DNA of 64,000 nt from Candidatus Oleimmundimicrobium sp. (GTDB lineage: Bacteria > Actinomycetota > Aquicultoria > UBA3085 > Oleimmundimicrobiaceae). Positions 59,665 through 64,000 of this stretch are shown here, in pieces. The position numbers and the translations under genes were made by a program. The stretch covers positions 9,380 through 73,379 of the forward strand of contig NZ_JAUSCH010000004.1 in assembly GCF_030651595.1 (NCBI RefSeq). Direction: 5' to 3'. Positions within the stretch are counted from its first letter, which is position 1. Every line of letters begins with the position of its first letter. The notes under the pieces were generated by a model. It saw only the letters and a program-made list of their open reading frames with translations. It was not told the DNA's origin and did not search any database.

Positions 59665-61203
59665 TTGTTAGCAAAAATTGAGAGTTGTTCGGTTCTAGGA
59701 ATGGAAGCTATGTCAATCAATGTCGAAGTAGATATTTCAAAGGGATTGCCTGCCTTCAGTATTGTTGGATTGCCTGACACAGCTATACAAGAATCGCGTG
59801 AGAGAGTAAGGGCCGGAATTGCAAATTCCGAATTCGAATTTCCATTAAAAAGAATAACCGTAAATTTAGCCCCAGCTGACATTCGAAAAGAAGGTCCTTC
59901 TTTTGATTTACCTATTGCCTTAGGGATTTTATCAGCAACAAAGCAACTTTCAAGTGAGAAATTATCGGATTATTTATTTGTCGGAGAACTTTCTTTGACT
60001 GGCAAAATAAGGCCCGTAAATGGTGTTTTATCGATGGCTCTTTGTGCAAGAGAGGAAAAAAAGAAAGGGCTTATCGTACCAAAAGAAAACGCGAAAGAAG
60101 CAGCCTTAATTAAAGAGCTTGAGGTAATTCCCGTTTCATCATTGCGTGAAGTTGTTGATTATTTTTCCGGCAAAAAAGAAATTGTACCCATGAATGAAGA
60201 TTTTGATGAATTTTTCAAAAGTTCTTTACAGTACGAATTAGATTTTTCTGATATTAAAGGACAAGAGCAAGCTAAACGGGCTCTCGAAATTGCAGCCGCA
60301 GGTGGCCATAACGTTTTAATGATTGGGCCGCCTGGTTCGGGCAAAACTATGCTGGCCAAAAGAATGCCCAGCATAATGCCGAACATGACTTTTGAAGAAG
60401 CAATTGATGTAACTAAAATTTATAGTGTTGCCGGAGCGCTCTTGTCAAAACAGGCATTAGTGGCCACGCGGCCGTTTAGGTCGCCTCATCATACAATTTC
60501 TACGGCAGGATTAGTAGGAGGGGGACAATATCCCCGCCCGGGGGAGATAAGCTTAAGCCATAACGGAGTCTTGTTTCTTGATGAATTTCCAGAGTTTAGT
60601 AGAAATGCTCTCGAAGTTTTACGTCAACCCTTAGAAGATGGCCTGGTAACTATTTCACGTGCGTCATCTACTCTGACTTTTCCGGCAAGTTTTATGTTAG
60701 TGGCGGCCATGAACCCTTGCAGGTGCGGATATTTAGGCGATAAGGTGAGAGAATGTAAGTGTTTACCTTCTCATATTAGACAGTATGTCGGAAAAATATC
60801 AGGGCCATTATTAGACAGAATTGACATTCAAATTGAAGTTCCTCGTCTTACAAAAAAAGAGCTTGTCCAAACTTTGGCTGGCGAATCATCAGAAAAAATT
60901 AGAAGGCGAGTTCAAAAGGCACGTGAGCGTCAACAAGTGCGTGCTGGAAAGACAAACATCACATGTAACGCTCAAATGAACCCTCGTATTATAAAAAACC
61001 ATTGTAAGCCCTCAGACGCAGCGCAGGATTTTTTAGAAAATGCAATTGATAAATTAGGTTTAAGCGGTCGGGCTTACGATAAAGTTTTAAAAGTAAGTAA
61101 GACTATTGCTGATTTAGCGGGGGAAGAAATGATTGAAATTGAGCACCTGGCAGAAGCATTGCAGTACAGAAGTTTTGATAATATAACCAACTATTATAGT
61201 TAA
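59665..61203 (+). CDS. comM: YifB/ComM family Mg-chelatase-like AAA+ ATPase
   Basis: N-terminal Lon-protease-like domain, Walker A GPPGSGKT, AAA+ core; 512 aa. Confidence 0.9.
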   Translation: MLAKIESCSVLGMEAMSINVEVDISKGLPAFSIVGLPDTAIQESRERVRAGIANSEFEFPLKRITVNLAPADIRKEGPSFDLPIALGILSATKQLSSEKLSDYLFVGELSLTGKIRPVNGVLSMALCAREEKKKGLIVPKENAKEAALIKELEVIPVSSLREVVDYFSGKKEIVPMNEDFDEFFKSSLQYELDFSDIKGQEQAKRALEIAAAGGHNVLMIGPPGSGKTMLAKRMPSIMPNMTFEEAIDVTKIYSVAGALLSKQALVATRPFRSPHHTISTAGLVGGGQYPRPGEISLSHNGVLFLDEFPEFSRNALEVLRQPLEDGLVTISRASSTLTFPASFMLVAAMNPCRCGYLGDKVRECKCLPSHIRQYVGKISGPLLDRIDIQIEVPRLTKKELVQTLAGESSEKIRRRVQKARERQQVRAGKTNITCNAQMNPRIIKNHCKPSDAAQDFLENAIDKLGLSGRAYDKVLKVSKTIADLAGEEMIEIEHLAEALQYRSFDNITNYYS

Positions 61204-61220
61204 TTTTAGAGGACAATGAG

Positions 61221-62297
61221 ATGGAAAAAAAATATTGGCTTGGATTAAAACTTATGCCTGTGTTGGATTCGAGGGTTTCAAAAGTAATAGATTATTTTGG
61301 AACAGCAGAAGAAGTTTGGTCGGCCAAAAGTAGTGATTTTCTTAAGATAGAGGGGATAAATCTTAAAGTAGCAGAGGCAATAATAAAAGAGAGAGCAGAA
61401 GTTGATTTGGATTTTTGGTGGCAAAAATATAAAAATTTGGGAATTGATATTTTAACAATTTTTGATAAAGACTATCCCGCGCTACTTAAAGAAATACACA
61501 GTCCGCCACCTGTTCTTTTTTTTAAGGGTAATTTAATAAAAAGTTATTCGCAAGCTGTGGCTGTAGTTGGTTCAAGACGTGCTTCTGCTTATGGGAGAGC
61601 GTTTGCCGAAGAGCTGGCTTCAAATCTTTCAGAAATGGGCATAACTGTAGTGAGCGGGGTTGCGAGAGGGATCGATAGTGCGGCGCACAGAGGAGCCCTA
61701 AGGGGCAAAGGGAGCACGATTGGGGTTTTAGGGTGCGGGCTCGATGTTGTTTATCCATCTGAAAACAAATTAATTTATGAAGCCATCTCTAAACAAGGTA
61801 GTTTAATTTCGGAATATCGAATTAAAACTAAACCTTTAAAATGGAATTTTCCAGCAAGAAATCGAATAATTAGCGGACTAACGCGCGGGATAGTTGTGGT
61901 CGAGGCGTCTGAAAAAAGCGGCGCCTTAATAACTGCTGATTTTGCTTTAGAACAAGGTAGAGAAGTTTTTGCTGTTCCGGGAAATCCGAAAAATAATTTA
62001 GCTCGGGGTCCGCATAAGCTATTAAAAAGTGGGGCTTGCCTAATTGAAAGCGCAGAGGATATTGTTGAAGCATTAGGTTTAAATTATGTTTTAACTCCAA
62101 AAACAAAATCTGTTAAAGAACTTAGTGAAAAAGAAGAGAAGGTTCTGGGCTATATAGGTTGGGATCTAAAGCATATTGATGAGATAACAAGAGAGTTGGG
62201 TTTAAGTTCTTCTGAGGCAGCAATTGCGCTTACAACGTTGGAAATAAAGGGTTTCGTTAAACACGATATTGGGAAGAACTATCTTAGAATTTCGTGA
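61221..62297 (+). CDS. dprA: DNA-processing protein DprA
   Basis: Rossmann-like core VAVVGSRRASAYG...VSGVARGIDSAAH plus C-terminal winged-helix region. Confidence 0.9.
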   Translation: MEKKYWLGLKLMPVLDSRVSKVIDYFGTAEEVWSAKSSDFLKIEGINLKVAEAIIKERAEVDLDFWWQKYKNLGIDILTIFDKDYPALLKEIHSPPPVLFFKGNLIKSYSQAVAVVGSRRASAYGRAFAEELASNLSEMGITVVSGVARGIDSAAHRGALRGKGSTIGVLGCGLDVVYPSENKLIYEAISKQGSLISEYRIKTKPLKWNFPARNRIISGLTRGIVVVEASEKSGALITADFALEQGREVFAVPGNPKNNLARGPHKLLKSGACLIESAEDIVEALGLNYVLTPKTKSVKELSEKEEKVLGYIGWDLKHIDEITRELGLSSSEAAIALTTLEIKGFVKHDIGKNYLRIS

Positions 62298-62325
62298 GAT
62301 CAGTTGTTAGACCGATACATGACAG

Positions 62326-63240
62326 TTGACATCAATTCCAAAAAATTGGGAGCTTATGAACAAATTAATTGATACTTTTTTACAATATCTTTCCGCAGAA
62401 AGAAATATGTCGAGGCACACGATAAGTGCTTACGAGGCCGATTTAAAACAATTTTTGAGCTATCTACAAAGAGGAGGGCTTTCAATAAAGCAGGTTAATT
62501 ATCTTTCTTTAAGAAAATATTTAGCCTATTTACAAACCTTAGGTTACGCTAGAACAAGTATTGCTCGCAAGCTTACTGCGGTTCGTTCACTTTTTGGGTT
62601 TCTTCAACGAGAGGGTTTGGTACAATCTAATCCGGCACCTTTAATTTCTTATCCAAAACTAAATAAAAAACTTCCTAAGTCACTACGCATGGAAGTAATA
62701 GAGATTCTTTTAAATGCACCTAATAGAAATAAATCTTTTGGGCAAAGGGACAAAGCCTTGTTAGAGATTCTCTATGGAACAGGAGTAAGGGTAAGTGAAC
62801 TGGTTGGGTTAGATGTTGATGATGTTAATTTTAGTCAGCAAGAAATTAGGGTATTTGGTAAAGGAAGAAAAGAAAGAGTGGTTCCCATTAATCAAACAGC
62901 GCTAAACTCTGTCAAATATTATTTATCAAATGGAAGAAAGGAACTTTTAAAAAACAAGGAGAAGAAGGCACTTCTTTTAAATCGGTTAGGAGAGAGATTA
63001 TCGGATGGAGCAGTAAGGCGAATTTTAAAAAAATATGTTAAACAAACTGGGGTTGAAATTGGGATAACTCCTCATGTTTTGCGGCACACGTTTGCAACGC
63101 ATCTTTTAGAATCTGGAGCTGACTTGCGTTCAATTCAAGAGCTTTTGGGTCATGTTGATTTATCATCTACTCAAATTTATACTCAATTAAGCAAAGCTAA
63201 GTTAAAAGAGATTTATTTACAAACTCACCCAAGAGCTTAA
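62326..63240 (+). CDS. xerC: tyrosine recombinase XerC/XerD family
   Basis: Catalytic C-terminus HVLRHTFATHLLESGADLRSIQELLGHVDLSSTQIYTQL (R..H..R...Y). The ATG at 62356 (MNKLIDTFLQYL) is an alternative start. Confidence 0.85.
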   Translation: MTSIPKNWELMNKLIDTFLQYLSAERNMSRHTISAYEADLKQFLSYLQRGGLSIKQVNYLSLRKYLAYLQTLGYARTSIARKLTAVRSLFGFLQREGLVQSNPAPLISYPKLNKKLPKSLRMEVIEILLNAPNRNKSFGQRDKALLEILYGTGVRVSELVGLDVDDVNFSQQEIRVFGKGRKERVVPINQTALNSVKYYLSNGRKELLKNKEKKALLLNRLGERLSDGAVRRILKKYVKQTGVEIGITPHVLRHTFATHLLESGADLRSIQELLGHVDLSSTQIYTQLSKAKLKEIYLQTHPRA

Positions 63241-63260
63241 ATTTTAAATGGAGGGGTACG

Positions 63261-64000
63261 GTGGAAAAAAAAGAAAATTCTGCCATAGATGAAATTTGGT
63301 TTAAATATAAAGAAGAAAAGTCTCGAGACATTAAAGATAAATTAGTCTTAAATTATGCACCATTAGTTAAATATGTTGCTGGACGTGTTTCTATGGGTCT
63401 ACCTCGAAATATTGAGAAAGCTGATCTTATAAGTTATGGAATGTTTGGGCTTATAGATGCCATTGAAAAATTTGACCCCACAAAAAATATTAAATTTGAA
63501 ACATATGCTATCTCGCGAATTAGAGGAGCAATGATTGATGAGCTGCGTTCAATTGACTGGGTTCCCCGCTCAGTTAGACGTAAAGAAAAACAACTTGAAA
63601 AAATATACATTGACCTCGAAAACAAATTTAAACGTATGCCAACGGATGAAGAAGTTGCCGAAGAGATGGGGTTTTCGGTAAAAGATTTGCATGATACTTA
63701 CACCCAGCTAAGCTATACTTCACAGATTGCTTTAGAAGAATTCTGGCATATTGATGGAACGAAAGATGACCAAGTAAATTTAATTAACACATTAAAAGAT
63801 ACTAAAAGCAACGACCCCCTAAAGGTGCTTGAATTAGAAGAACTCAAACAAGTTTTAACCAAAGTTATTGAGGGTTTACCTAAAAGAGAAAAAACAATTA
63901 TTGCTCTTTATTATTATGAAGGATTGACCTTAAAAGAGATTGGTGAAGTTATGAGGGTTACTGAATCTAGAATATCTCAAATTCACACAAAAACCATAAT
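63261..64000 (+). CDS. fliA: RNA polymerase sigma factor FliA/SigD (sigma-28), 3'-truncated by window end
   Basis: Not in the ORF track (runs off the end). GTG 63261; region 2 pattern FETYAISRIRGAMIDELRSIDWVPRSVR and region 4 LTLKEIGEVMRVTESRISQIH are FliA-type. Confidence 0.8.
   Translation, partial: MEKKENSAIDEIWFKYKEEKSRDIKDKLVLNYAPLVKYVAGRVSMGLPRNIEKADLISYGMFGLIDAIEKFDPTKNIKFETYAISRIRGAMIDELRSIDWVPRSVRRKEKQLEKIYIDLENKFKRMPTDEEVAEEMGFSVKDLHDTYTQLSYTSQIALEEFWHIDGTKDDQVNLINTLKDTKSNDPLKVLELEELKQVLTKVIEGLPKREKTIIALYYYEGLTLKEIGEVMRVTESRISQIHTKTI

Overview
This 64 kb window comes from a low-GC (about 35% GC) bacterial chromosome and is densely packed with housekeeping genes. Fifty-eight of roughly 61 protein genes are on the + strand. 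Many use TTG or GTG start codons, and the ORF track translates those alternative starts as M.

The gene order is strongly Firmicutes-like:
- plsC-ispH-DUF512-der-plsY-gpsA
- rpmB<-yloU(Asp23)-yloV(DAK2)-degV-recG-rsmD-coaD
- yceD-rpmF-plsX-fabH ... fabD-fabG-acpP-fabK-fabF
- rnc-smc-ftsY-ffh-rpsP-KH-rimM-trmD-rplS-rnhB-yraN-comM-dprA-xerC-fliA (fliA is partial at the window edge)

Other recognisable elements are a tRNA-Pro(GGG), a TPP riboswitch driving a thiE-thi4-thiC-thiL-thiD operon, ribosomal protein genes (including the 59-aa rpmF that the ORF track misses), cell-wall enzymes (VanW, PBP5-type DD-carboxypeptidase, M23 peptidase), and a GDP-sugar module (an 838-aa nucleotidyltransferase-LbH-phosphomutase fusion plus a canonical phosphomannomutase).

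Features that look less standard:
1. An acyl-CoA dehydrogenase plus EtfB plus ferredoxin-fused EtfA cassette inserted inside the fab operon.
2. A tightly packed operon of three small unknown proteins, a zinc-ribbon FHA protein and a MerR regulator. Together with pgsA and DUF881-Sbp-DUF881 elsewhere in the window, this recalls the actinobacterial garA-ftsR division locus as I remember it (uncertain).
3. An accessory-looking patch holding a Mut7-C/PIN protein, a 150-aa half-size CcsA-like WWD heme-handling protein and a DUF559/Vsr-like endonuclease-fold protein.
4. An orphan excisionase-type HTH gene next to tRNA-Pro, preceded by a perfect 32-bp palindrome.
5. A +1 frameshifted ArsP/DUF318-type permease.
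6. A fusion protein whose mutase domain has degenerate catalytic motifs.

No CRISPR array, integrase, transposase or obvious prophage is visible. All calls are from reading the sequence; no searches were run.
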